Shown: one piece after another, positions 10,301 through 24,129 of the stretch
Position numbering within the stretch: position 1 is the stretch's first letter
How the letters are laid out: each line of letters begins with the position of its first letter
NCBI GenBank assembly: GCA_964057225.1
Contig: OZ059895.1
Coordinates: 3,410,001-3,474,000 of the forward strand
DNA: 64,000 nt
DNA from: Auanema rhodensis
Taxonomy: Eukaryota > Animalia > Nematoda
Direction of reading: 5' to 3'
Position numbers and translations under genes: made by a program
The notes under the pieces: model-generated
What the model was told of the DNA's origin: nothing
Seen by the model: the letters and a program-made list of their open reading frames with translations, nothing else
Databases searched by the model: none

Positions 10301-13300
10301 ATATGATATATTACTATCTTTACAAGATAGATACAAAAAAATTGGAATGTGATCACATGTTCTGATGCTTTGAAGGGCATGTTTTACTAGCCTACGTAGG
10401 AAAACATCCGTTCAAGCAACAGAACTTGGGAAGATCCATGTCTGATTAGACGGTCAGTTCATTATTTAAGGGTAACCTGTGCTGCGTATAATTTATGGGT
10501 GTACAAAAATCAAAGTTTATTACTATCTTTACAAAATAGATACAAAAAAATTGGAATGTGATCACATGTTCTGATGTTTTGAAGGGCATGTTTTACTAGC
10601 CTACGTAGGAAAACATCCATTCAAGCAACAGAACTAGGAAAGATCCATGTCTGATTAGTCGGTCAGTTCATTATTTAAGGGTAACCTGTGCTGCGTATAA
10701 TTTATGGGTGTACAAAAATCAAAGTTCTTAATCAAAGTTTAAAAAACAAACTGAATAAAAGTTAGAAAATCTGAATTAAAATCTTTCCAACATAGTGTTC
10801 AACATATGATATATTACTATCTTTACAAAATAGATACAAAAAAATTGGAATGTGATCACATGTTCTGATGCTTTGAAGGGCATGTTTTACTAGCCTACGT
10901 AGGAAAACATCCATTCAACCAACAGAACTAGGAAAGATCCATGTCTGATTAGTCGGTCAGTTCATTATTTAAGGGTAACCTGTGCTGCGTATAATTTATG
11001 GGTGTACAAAAATCAAAGTTTATTACTATCTTTACAAGATAGATACAAAAAAATTGGAATGTGATCACATGTTCTGATGCTTTGAAGGGCATGTTTTACA
11101 AGCCTACGTAGGAAAACATCCGTTCAAGCAACAGAACTTGGGAAGATCCATGTCTGATTAGACGGTCAGTTCATTATTTAAGGGTAACCTGTGCTGCGTA
11201 TAATTTATGGGTGTACAAAAATCAAAGTTTATTACTATCTTTACAAAATAGATACAAAAAAATTGGAATGTGATCACATGTTCTGATGTTTTGAAGGGCA
11301 TGTTTTACTAGCCTACGTAGGAAAACATCCATTCAAGCAACAGAACTAGGAAAGATCCATGTCTGATTAGTCGATCAGTTCATTATTTAAGGGTAACCTG
11401 TGCTGCGTATAATTTATGGGTGTACAAAAATCAAAGTTCTTAATCAAAGTTTAAAAAACAAACTGAATAAAAGTTAGAAAATCTGAATTAAAATCTTTCC
11501 AACATAGTGTTCAACATATGATATATTACTATCTTTACAAGATAGATACAAAAAAATTGGAATGTGATCACATGTTCTGATGCTTTGAAGGGCATGTTTT
11601 ACTAGCCTACGTAGGAAAACATCCATTCAAGCAACAGAACTAGGAAAGATCCATGTCTGATTAGTCGGTCAGTTCATTATTTAAGGGTAACCTGTGCTGC
11701 GTATAATTTATGGGTGTACAAAAATCAAAGTTTATTACTATCTTTACAAGATAGATACAAAAAAATTGGAATCTGATCACATGTTCTGATGCTTTGAAGG
11801 GCATGTTTTACTAGCCTACGTAGGAAAACATCCGTTCAAGCAACAGAACTTGGGAAGATCCATGTCTGATTAGACGGTCAGTTCATTATTTAAGGGTAAC
11901 CTGTGCTGCGTATATTTTATGGGTGTACAAACAACAAGGTTCTTAATCAAAGTTTAGAAAACAAACTGAGTGAAAGTTGAAAAAATCTGAATTAAAATCT
12001 TTCCAACATAGTGTTCAACATATGATATATTACTATCTTTACAAGATAGATACAAAAAAATTGGAATGTGGTCACATGTTCTGATGCTTTGAAGGGCATG
12101 TTTTACTAGCCTACGTAGGAAAACATTCGTTCAAGCAACAGAACTTGGAAAGATCCATGTCTGATTAGTCGGTCATTTCATTATTTAAGGGTAACCTGTG
12201 CTGCGTATAATTTATGGGTGTACAAAAATCAAAGTTTATTACTATCTTTACAAGATAGATACAAAAAAATTGGAATGTGATCACATGTTCTGATGCTTTG
12301 AAGGGCATGTTTTACTAGCCTACGTAGGAAAACATCCATTCAAGCAACAGAACTTGGTAAGATCCATGTCTGATTAGACGGTCAGTTCATTATTTAAGGG
12401 TAACCTGTGCTGCGTATATTTTATGGGTGTACAAACAACAAGGTTCTTAATCAAAGTTTAGAAAACAAACTGAGTGAAAGTTGAAAAAATCTGAATTAAA
12501 ATCTTTCCAACATAGTGTTCAACATATGATATATTACTATCTTTACAAGATAGATACAAAAAAATTGGAATGTGATCACATGTTCTGATGCTTTGAAGGG
12601 CATGTTTTACTAGCCTACGTAGGAAAACATCCATTCAAGCAACAGAACTAGGAAAGATCCATGTCTGATTAGTCGGTCAGTTCATTATTTAAGGGTAACC
12701 TGTGCTGCGTATAATTTATGGGTGTACAAAAATCAAAGTTTATTACTATCTTTACAAGATAGATACAAAAAAATTGGAATCTGATCACATGTTCTGATGA
12801 TTTGAAGGGCATGTTTTACTAGCCTACGTAGGAAAACATCCGTTCAAGCAACAGAACTTGGGAAGATCCATGTCTGACTAGACGGTCAGTTCATTATTTA
12901 AGGGTAACCTGTGCTGCGTATATTTTATGGGTGTACAAACAACAAGGTTCTTAATCAAAGTTTAGAAAACAAACTGAGTGAAAGTTGAAAAAATCTGAAT
13001 TAAAATCTTTCCAACATAGTGTTCAACATATGATATATTACTATCTTTACAAGATAGATACAAAAAAATTGGAATGTGGTCACATGTTCTGATGCTTTGA
13101 AGGGCATGTTTTACTAGCCTACGTAGGAAAACATTCGTTCAAGCAACAGAACTTGGAAAGATCCATGTCTGATTAGTCGGTCATTTCATTATTTAAGGGT
13201 AACCTGTGCTGCGTATAATTTATGGGTGTACAAAAATCAAAGTTTATTACTATCTTTACAAGATAGATACAAAAAAATTGGAATGTGATCACATGTTCTG

Positions 13301-15664
13301 ATGCTTTGAAGGGCATGTTTTACTAGCCTACGTAGGAAAACATCCATTCAAGCAACAGAACTTGGTAAGATCCATGTCTGATTAGACGGTCAGTTCATTA
13401 TTTAAGGGTAACCTGTGCTGCGTATATTTTATGGGTGTACAAACAACAAGGTTCTTAATCAAAGTTTAGAAAACAAACTGAGTGAAAGTTGAAAAAATCT
13501 GAATTAAAATCTTTCCAACATAGTGTTCAACATATGATATATTACTATCTTTACAAGATAGATACAAAAAAATTGGAATGTGATCACATGTTCTGATGCT
13601 TTGAAGGGCATGTTTTACTAGCCTACGTAGGAAAACATCCGTTCAAGCAACAGAACTTGGGAAGATCCATGTCTGATTAGACGGTCAGTTCATTATTTAA
13701 GGGTAACCTGTGCTGCGTATAATTTATGGGTGTACAAAAATCAAAGTTTATTACTATCTTTACAAAATAGATACAAAAAAATTGGAATGTGATCACATGT
13801 TCTGATGTTTTGAAGGGCATGTTTTACTAGCCTACGTAGGAAAACATCCATTCAAGCAACAGAACTTGGTAAGATCCATGTCTGATTAGACGGTCAGTTC
13901 ATTATTTAAGGGTAACCTGTGCTGCGTATATTTTATGGGTGTACAAACAACAAGGTTCTTAATCAAAGTTTAGAAAACAAACTGAGTGAAAGTTGAAAAA
14001 ATCTGAATTAAAATCTTTCCAACATAGTGTTCAACATATGATATATTACTATCTTTACAAGATAGATACAAAAAAATTGGAATCTGATCACATGTTCTGA
14101 TGCTTTGAAGGGCATGTTTTACTAGCCTACGTAGGAAAACATCCGTTCAAGCAACAGAACTTGGGAAGATCCATGTCTGATTAGACGGTCAGTTCATTAT
14201 TTAAGGGTAACCTGTGCTGCGTATATTTTATGGGTGTACAAACAACAAGGTTCTTAATCAAAGTTTAGAAAACAAACTGAGTGAAAGTTGAAAAAATCTG
14301 AATTAAAATCTTTCCAACATAGTGTTCAACATATGATATATTACTATCTTTACAAGATAGATACAAAAAAATTGGAATGTGGTCACATGTTCTGATGCTT
14401 TGAAGGGCATGTTTTACTAGCCTACGTAGGAAAACATCCGTTTAAGCAACAGAACTTGGAAAGATCCATGTCTGATTAGTCGGTCAGTTCATTATTTAAG
14501 GGTAACCTGTGCTGCGTATAATTTATGGGTGTACAAAAATCAAAGTTTATTACTATCTTTACAAGATAGATACAAAAAAATTGGAATGTGATCACATGTT
14601 CTGATGCTTTGAAGGGCATGTTTTACTAGCCTACGTAGGAAAACATCCATTCAAGCAACAGAACTTGGTAAGATCCATGTCTGATTAGACGGTCAGTTCA
14701 TTATTTAAGGGTAACCTGTGCTGCGTATATTTTATGGGTGTACAAACAACAAGGTTCTTAATCAAAGTTTAGAAAACAAACTGAGTGAAAGTTGAAAAAA
14801 TCTGAATTAAAATCTTTCCAACATAGTGTTCAACATATGATATATTACTATCTTTACAAGATAGATACAAAAAAATTGGAATGTGATCACATGTTCTGAT
14901 GCTTTGAAGGGCATGTTTTACTAGCCTACGTAGGAAAACATCCGTTCAAGCAACAGAACTTGGGAAGATCCATGTCTGATTAGACGGTCAGTTCATTATT
15001 TAAGGGTAACCTGTGCTGCGTATAATTTATGGGTGTACAAAAATCAAAGTTTATTACTATCTTTACAAAATAGATACAAAAAAATTGGAATGTGATCACA
15101 TGTTCTGATGTTTTGAAGGGCATGTTTTACTAGCCTACGTAGGAAAACATCCATTCAAGCAACAGAACTTGGTAAGATCCATGTCTGATTAGACGGTCAG
15201 TTCATTATTTAAGGGTAATCTGTGCTGCGTATATTTTATGGGTGTACAAACAACAAGGTTCTTAATCAAAGTTTAGAAAACAAACTGAGTGAAAGTTGAA
15301 AAAATCTGAATTAAAATCTTTCCAACATAGTGTTCAACATATGATATATTACTATCTTTACAAGATAGATACAAAAAAATTGGAATCTGATCACATGTTC
15401 TGATGCTTTGAAGGGCATGTTTTACTAGCCTACGTAGGAAAACATCCGTTCAAGCAACAGAACTTGGGAAGATCCATGTCTGATTAGACGGTCAGTTCAT
15501 TATTTAAGGGTAACCTGTGCTGCGTATATTTTATGGGTGTACAAACAACAAGGTTCTTAATCAAAGTTTAGAAAACAAACTGAGTGAAAGTTGAAAAATC
15601 TGAATTAAAATCTTTCCAACATAGTGTTCAACATATGATATATTACTATCTTTACAAGATAGAT

Positions 15665-18600
15665 ACAAAAAAATTGGAATGTGGTCACATGTTCTGATGC
15701 TTTGAAGGGCATGTTTTACTAGCCTACGTAGGAAAACATCCGTTCAAGCAACAGAACTTGGAAAGATCCATGTCTGATTAGTCGGTCAGTTCATTATTTA
15801 AGGGTAACCTGTGCTGCGTATAATTTATGGGTGTACAAAAATTAAAGTTTATTACTATCTTTACAAGATAGATACAAAAAAATTGGAATGTGATCACATG
15901 TTCTGATGCTTTGAAGGGCATGTTTTACTAGCCTACGTAGGAAAACATCCATTCAAGCAACAGAACTTGGGAAGATCCATGTCTGATTAGACGGTCAGTT
16001 CATTATTTAAGGGTAACCTGTGCTGCGTATATTTTATGGGTGTACAAACAACAAGGTTCTTAATCAAAGTTTAGAAAACAAACTGAGTGAAAGTTGAAAA
16101 AATCTGAATTAAAATCTTTCCAACATAGTGTTCAACATATGATATATTACTATCTTTACAAGATAGATACAAAAAAATTGGAATGTGATCACATGTTCTG
16201 ATGCTTTGAAGGGCATGTTTTACTAGCCTACGTAGGAAAACATCCGTTCAAGCAACAGAACTTGGGAAGATCCATGTCTGATTAGACGGTCAGTTCATTA
16301 TTTAAGGGTAACCTGTGCTGCGTATAATTTATGGGTGTACAAAAATCAAAGTTCTTAATCAAAGTTTAAAAAACAAACTGAATAAAAGTTAGAAAATCTG
16401 AATTAAAATCTTTCCAACATAGTGTTCAACATATGATATATTACTATCTTTACAAAATAGATACAAAAAAATTGGAATGTGATCACATGTTCTGATGCTT
16501 TGAAGGGCATCTTTTACTAGCCTACGTAGGAAAACATCCATTCAACCAACAGAACTAGGAAAGATCCATGTCTGATTAGTCGGTCAGTTCATTATTTAAG
16601 GGTAACCTGTGCTGCGTATAATTTATGGGTGTACAAAAATCAAAGTTTATTACTATCTTTACAAGATAGATACAAAAAAATTGGAATGTGATCACATGTT
16701 CTGATGCTTTGAAGGGCATGTTTTACTAGCCTACGTAGGAAAACATCCATTCAAGCAACAGAACTTGGGAAGATCCATGTCTGATTAGACGGTCAGTTCA
16801 TTATTTAAGGGTAACCTGTGCTGCGTATATTTTATGGGTGTACAAACAACAAGGTTCTTAATCAAAGTTTAGAAAACAAACTGAGTGAAAGTTGAAAAAA
16901 TCTGAATTAAAATCTTTCCAACATAGTGTTCAACATATGATATATTACTATCTTTACAAGATAGATACAAAAAAATTGGAATGTGATCACATGTTCTGAT
17001 GCTTTGAAGGGCATGTTTTACTAGCCTACGTAGGAAAACATCCGTTCAAGCAACAGAACTTGGGAAGATCCATGTCTGATTAGACGGTCAATTCATTATT
17101 TAAGGGTAACCTGTGCTGCGTATAATTTATGGGTGTACAAAAATCAAAGTTTATTACTATCTTTACAAAATAGATACAAAAAAATTGGAATGTGATCACA
17201 TGTTCTGATGTTTTGAAGGGCATGTTTTACTAGCCTACGTAGGAAAACATCCATTCAAGCAACAGAACTTGGTAAGATCCATGTCTGATTAGACGGTCAG
17301 TTCATTATTTAAGGGTAACCTGTGCTGCGTATATTTTATGGGTGTACAAACAACAAGGTTCTTAATCAAAGTTTAGAAAACAAACTGAGTGAAAGTTGAA
17401 AAAATCTGAATTAAAATCTTTCCAACATAGTGTTCAACATATGATATATTACTATCTTTACAAGATAGATACAAAAAAATTGGAATCTGATCACATGTTC
17501 TGATGCTTTGAAGGGCATGTTTTACTAGCCTACGTAGGAAAACATCCGTTCAAGCAACAGAACTTGGGAAGATCCATGTCTGATTAGACGGTCAGTTCAT
17601 TATTTAAGGATAACCTGTGCTGCGTATATTTTATGGGTGTACAAACAACAAGGTTCTTAATCAAAGTTTAGAAAACAAACTGAGTGAAAGTTGAAAAAAT
17701 CTGAATTAAAATCTTTCCAACATAGTGTTCAACATATGATATATTACTATCTTTACAAGATAGATACAAAAAAATTGGAATGTGGTCACATGTTCTGATG
17801 CTTTGAAGGGCATGTTTTACTAGCCTACGTAGGAAAACATCCGTTCAAGCAACAGAACTTGGAAAGATCCATGTCTGATTAGTCGGTCAGTTCATTATTT
17901 AAGGGTAACCTGTGCTGCGTATAATTTATGGGTGTACAAAAATCAAAGTTTATTACTATCTTTACAAGATAGATACAAAAAAATTGGAATGTGATCACAT
18001 GTTCTGATGCTTTGAAGGGCATGTTTTACTAGCCTACGTAGGAAAACATCCATTCAAGCAACAGAACTTGGGAAGATCCATGTCTGATTAGACGGTCAGT
18101 TCATTATTTAAGGGTAACCTGTGCTGCGTATATTTTATGGGTGTACAAACAACAAGGTTCTTAATCAAAGTTTAGAAAACAAACTGAGTGAAAGTTGAAA
18201 AAATCTGAATTAAAATCTTTCCAACATAGTGTTCAACATATGATATATTACTATCTTTACAAGATAGATACAAAAAAATTGGAATGTGATCACATGTTCT
18301 GATGCTTTGAAGGGCATGTTTTACTAGCCTACGTAGGAAAACATCCGTTCAAACAACAGAACTTGGGAAGATCCATGTCTGATTAGACGGTCAGTTCATT
18401 ATTTAAGGGTAACCTGTGCTGCGTATAATTTATGGGTGTACAAAAATCAAAGTTCTTAATCAAAGTTTAAAAAACAAACTGAATAAAAGTTAGAAAATCT
18501 GAATTAAAATCTTTCCAACATAGTGTTCAACATATGATATATTACTATCTTTACAAAATAGATACAAAAAAATTGGAATGTGATCACATGTTCTGATGCT

Positions 18601-19370
18601 TTGAAGGGCATGTTTTACTAGCCTACGTAGGAAAACATCCATTCAACCAACAGAACTAGGAAAGATCCATGTCTGATTAGTCGGTCAGTTCATTATTTAA
18701 GGGTAACCTGTGCTGCGTATAATTTATGGGTGTACAAAAATCAAAGTTTATTACTATCTTTACAAGATAGATACAAAAAAATTGGAATGTGATCACATGT
18801 TCTGATGCTTTGAAGGGCATGTTTTACTAGCCTACGTAGGAAAACATCCATTCAAGCAACAGAACTTGGGAAGATCCATGTCTGATTAGACGGTCAGTTC
18901 ATTATTTAAGGGTAACCTGTGCTGCGTATATTTTATGGGTGTACAAACAACAAGGTTCTTAATCAAAGTTTAGAAAACAAACTGAGTGAAAGTTGAAAAA
19001 ATCTGAATTAAAATCTTTCCAACATAGTGTTCAACATATGATATATTACTATCTTTACAAGATAGATACAAAAAAATTGGAATGTGATCACATGTTCTGA
19101 TGCTTTGAAGGGCATGTTTTACTAGCCTACGTAGGAAAACATCCGTTCAAGCAACAGAACTTGGGAAGATCCATGTCTGATTAGACGGTCAATTCATTAT
19201 TTAAGGGTAACCTGTGCTGCGTATAATTTATGGGTGTACAAAAATCAAAGTTTATTACTATCTTTACAAAATAGATACAAAAAAATTGGAATGTGATCAC
19301 ATGTTCTGATGTTTTGAAGGGCATGTTTTACTAGCCTACGTAGGAAAACATCCATTCAAGCAACAGAACT
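15665..19370 (+). repeat. 8-monomer HOR, period 2101 bp, about 2 copies (boundaries approximate)
   Basis: TTCAACC at 16541/18642 and the GGTCAATTC variant at 17091/19192. 4x295+294+3x209=2101. Confidence 0.85.
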
Positions 19371-22300
19371 TGGGAAGATCCATGTCTGATTAGACGGTCA
19401 GTTCATTATTTAAGGGTAACCTGTGCTGCGTATATTTTATGGGTGTACAAACAACAAGGTTCTTAATCAAAGTTTAGAAAACAAACTGAGTGAAAGTTGA
19501 AAAAATCTGAATTAAAATCTTTCCAACATAGTGTTCAACATATGATATATTACTATCTTTACAAGATAGATACAAAAAAATTGGAATGTGATCACATGTT
19601 CTGATGCTTTGAAGGGCATGTTTTACTAGCCTACGTAGGAAAACATCCGTTCAAGCAACAGAACTTGGGAAGATCCATGTCTGATTAAACGGTCAGTTCA
19701 TTATTTAAGGGTAACCTGTGCTGCGTATAATTTATGGGTGTACAAAAATCAAAGTTTATTACTATCTTTACAAAATAGATACAAAAAAATTGGAATGTGA
19801 TCACATGTTCTGATGTTTTGAAGGGCATGTTTTACTAGCCTACGTAGGAAAACATCCATTCAAGCAACAGAACTAGGAAAGATCCATGTCTGATTAGTCG
19901 GTCAGTTCATTATTTAAGGGTAACCTGTGCTGCGTATAATTTATGGGTGTACAAAAATCAAAGTTCTTAATCAAAGTTTAAAAAACAAACTGAATAAAAG
20001 TTAGAAAATCTGAATTAAAATCTTTCCAACATAGTGTTCAACATATGATATATTACTATCTTTACAAGATAGATACAAAAAAATTGGAATGTGATCACAT
20101 GTTCTGATGCTTTGAAGGGCATGTTTTACTAGCCTACGTAGGAAAACATCCATTCAAGCAACAGAACTAGGAAAGATCCATGTCTGATTAGTCGGTCAGT
20201 TCATTATTTAAGAGTAACCTGTGCGGCGTATAATTTATGGGTGTACAAAAATCAAAGTTTATTACTATCTTTACAAGATAGATACAAAAAAATTGGAATG
20301 TGATCACATGTTCTGATGCTTTGAAGGGCATGTTTTACTAGCCTACGTAGGAAAACATCCATTCAAGCAACAGAACTAGGAAAGATCCATGTCTGATTAG
20401 TCGGTCAGTTCATTATTTAAGGGTAACCTGTGCTGCGTATAATTTATGGGTGTACAAAAATCAAAGTTCTTAATCAAAGTTTAAAAAACAAACTGAATAA
20501 AAGTTAGAAAATCTGAATTAAAATCTTTCCAACATAGTGTTCAACATATGATATATTACTATCTTTACAAGATAGATACAAAAAAATTGGAATGTGATCA
20601 CATGTTCTGATGCTTTGAAGGGCATGTTTTACTAGCCTACGTAGGAAAACATCCATTCAAGCAACAGAACTAGGAAAGATCCATGTCTGATTAGTCGGTC
20701 AGTTCATTATTTAAGAGTAACCTGTGCGGCGTATAATTTATGGGTGTACAAAAATCAAAGTTTATTACTATCTTTACAAGATAGATACAAAAAAATTGGA
20801 ATGTGATCACATGTTCTGATGCTTTGAAGGGCATGTTTTACTAGCCTACGTAGGAAAACATCCATTCAAGCAACAGAACTAGGAAAGATCCATGTCTGAT
20901 TAGTCGGTCAGTTCATTATTTAAGAGTAACCTGTGCGGCGTATAATTTATGGGTGTACAAAAATCAAAGTTTATTACTATCTTTACAAGATAGATACAAA
21001 AAAATTGGAATGTGATCACATGTTCTGATGCTTTGAAGGGCATGTTTTACTAGCCTACGTAGGAAAACATCCGTTCAAGCAACAGAACTTGGGAAGATCC
21101 ATGTCTGATTAGACGGTCAATTCATTATTTAAGGGTAACCTGTGCTGCGTATAATTTATGGGTGTACAAAAATCAAAGTTTATTACTATCTTTACAAAAT
21201 AGATACAAAAAAATTGGAATGTGATCACATGTTCTGATGTTTTGAAGGGCATGTTTTACTAGCCTACGTAGGAAAACATCCATTCAAGCAACAGAACTTG
21301 GGAAGATCCATGTCTGATTAGACGGTCAGTTCATTATTTAAGGGTAACCTGTGCTGCGTATATTTTATGGGTGTACAAACAACAAGGTTCTTAATCAAAG
21401 TTTAGAAAACAAACTGAGTGAAAGTTGAAAAAATCTGAATTAAAATCTTTCCAACATAGTGTTCAACATATGATATATTACTATCTTTACAAGATAGATA
21501 CAAAAAAATTGGAATGTGATCACATGTTCTGATGCTTTGAAGGGCATGTTTTACTAGCCTACGTAGGAAAACATCCGTTCAAGCAACAGAACTTGGGAAG
21601 ATCCATGTCTGATTAAACGGTCAGTTCATTATTTAAGGGTAACCTGTGCTGCGTATAATTTATGGGTGTACAAAAATCAAAGTTTATTACTATCTTTACA
21701 AAATAGATACAAAAAAATTGGAATGTGATCACATGTTCTGATGTTTTGAAGGGCATGTTTTACTAGCCTACGTAGGAAAACATCCATTCAAGCAACAGAA
21801 CTAGGAAAGATCCATGTCTGATTAGTCGGTCAGTTCATTATTTAAGGGTAACCTGTGCTGCGTATAATTTATGGGTGTACAAAAATCAAAGTTCTTAATC
21901 AAAGTTTAAAAAACAAACTGAATAAAAGTTAGAAAATCTGAATTAAAATCTTTCCAACATAGTGTTCAACATATGATATATTACTATCTTTACAAGATAG
22001 ATACAAAAAAATTGGAATGTGATCACATGTTCTGATGCTTTGAAGGGCATGTTTTACTAGCCTACGTAGGAAAACATCCATTCAAGCAACAGAACTAGGA
22101 AAGATCCATGTCTGATTAGTCGGTCAGTTCATTATTTAAGAGTAACCTGTGCGGCGTATAATTTATGGGTGTACAAAAATCAAAGTTTATTACTATCTTT
22201 ACAAGATAGATACAAAAAAATTGGAATGTGATCACATGTTCTGATGCTTTGAAGGGCATGTTTTACTAGCCTACGTAGGAAAACATCCATTCAAGCAACA

Positions 22301-22923
22301 GAACTAGGAAAGATCCATGTCTGATTAGTCGGTCAGTTCATTATTTAAGGGTAACCTGTGCTGCGTATAATTTATGGGTGTACAAAAATCAAAGTTCTTA
22401 ATCAAAGTTTAAAAAACAAACTGAATAAAAGTTAGAAAATCTGAATTAAAATCTTTCCAACATAGTGTTCAACATATGATATATTACTATCTTTACAAGA
22501 TAGATACAAAAAAATTGGAATGTGATCACATGTTCTGATGCTTTGAAGGGCATGTTTTACTAGCCTACGTAGGAAAACATCCATTCAAGCAACAGAACTA
22601 GGAAAGATCCATGTCTGATTAGTCGGTCAGTTCATTATTTAAGAGTAACCTGTGCGGCGTATAATTTATGGGTGTACAAAAATCAAAGTTTATTACTATC
22701 TTTACAAGATAGATACAAAAAAATTGGAATGTGATCACATGTTCTGATGCTTTGAAGGGCATGTTTTACTAGCCTACGTAGGAAAACATCCATTCAAGCA
22801 ACAGAACTAGGAAAGATCCATGTCTGATTAGTCGGTCAGTTCATTATTTAAGAGTAACCTGTGCGGCGTATAATTTATGGGTGTACAAAAATCAAAGTTT
22901 ATTACTATCTTTACAAGATAGAT
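19068..22923 (+). repeat. 8-monomer HOR, 1928 bp x2
   Basis: CTGATTAAAC at 19681/21609 and the GGTCAATTC variant at 19192/21120; the AAGAGTAACCTGTGCGGCG copies recur at +1928. 295+2x294+5x209=1928. Confidence 0.88.
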
Positions 22924-23930
22924 ACAAAAAAATTGGAATGTGATCACATGTTCTGATGCTTTGAAGGGCATGTTTTACTAGCCTACGTAGGAAAACATCC
23001 ATTCAAGCAACAGAACTAGGAAAGATCCATGTCTGATTAGTCGGTCAGTTCATTATTTAAGGGTAACCTGTGCTGCGTATAATTTATGGGTGTACAAAAA
23101 TCAAAGTTCTTAATCAAAGTTTAAAAAACAAACTGAATAAAAGTTAGAAAATCTGAATTAAAATCTTTCCAACATAGTGTTCAACATATGATATATTACT
23201 ATCTTTACAAGATAGATACAAAAAAATTGGAATGTGATCACATGTTCTGATGCTTTGAAGGGCATGTTTTACTAGCCTACGTAGGAAAACATCCATTCAA
23301 GCAACAGAACTAGGAAAGATCCATGTCTGATTAGTCGGTCAGTTCATTATTTAAGAGTAACCTGTGCGGCGTATAATTTATGGGTGTACAAAAATCAAAG
23401 TTTATTACTATCTTTACAAGATAGATACAAAAAAATTGGAATGTGATCACATGTTCTGATGCTTTGAAGGGCATGTTTTACTAGCCTACGTAGGAAAACA
23501 TCCATTCAAGCAACAGAACTAGGAAAGATCCATGTCTGATTAGTCGGTCAGTTCATTATTTAAGAGTAACCTGTGCGGCGTATAATTTATGGGTGTACAA
23601 AAATCAAAGTTTATTACTATCTTTACAAGATAGATACAAAAAAATTGGAATGTGATCACATGTTCTGATGCTTTGAAGGGCATGTTTTACTAGCCTACGT
23701 AGGAAAACATCCATTCAAGCAACAGAACTAGGAAAGATCCATGTCTGATTAGTCGGTCAGTTCATTATTTAAGGGTAACCTGTGCTGCGTATAATTTATG
23801 GGTGTACAAAAATCAAAGTTCTTAATCAAAGTTTAAAAAACAAACTGAATAAAAGTTAGAAAATCTGAATTAAAATCTTTCCAACATAGTGTTCAACATA
23901 TGATATATTACTATCTTTACAAGATAGATA
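22212..23930 (+). repeat. L2-S-S trimer HOR, period 712 bp (boundaries approximate)
   Basis: The AAGAGTAACCTGTGCGGCG pair at about 22643/22852 recurs at about 23355/23564. 294+2x209=712. Confidence 0.75.
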
Positions 23931-24129
23931 CAAAAAAATTGGAATGTGATCACATGTTCTGATGCTTTGAAGGGCATGTTTTACTAGCCTACGTAGGAAA
24001 ACATCCATTCAAGCAACAGAACTAGGAAAGATCCATGTCTGATTAGTCGGTCAGTTCATTATTTAAGAGTAACCTGTGCTGCGTATAATTTATGGGTGTA
24101 CAAAAATCAAAGTTTATTACTATCTTTAC

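Larger units (their letters stand above)
1..15761 (+). repeat. Large duplication, period 8440 bp (1-7321 matches 8441-15761)
   Basis: Rare variants recur at exactly +8440: TTCATTATCT 421/8861, CCATTCAACC 2471/10911, ATGTTTTACA 2651/11091, TCGATCAG 2931/11371, and the A-deleted TTGAAAAATC 7151/15591. The monomer order is the same, and the match breaks at 7322/15762. Confidence 0.93.
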
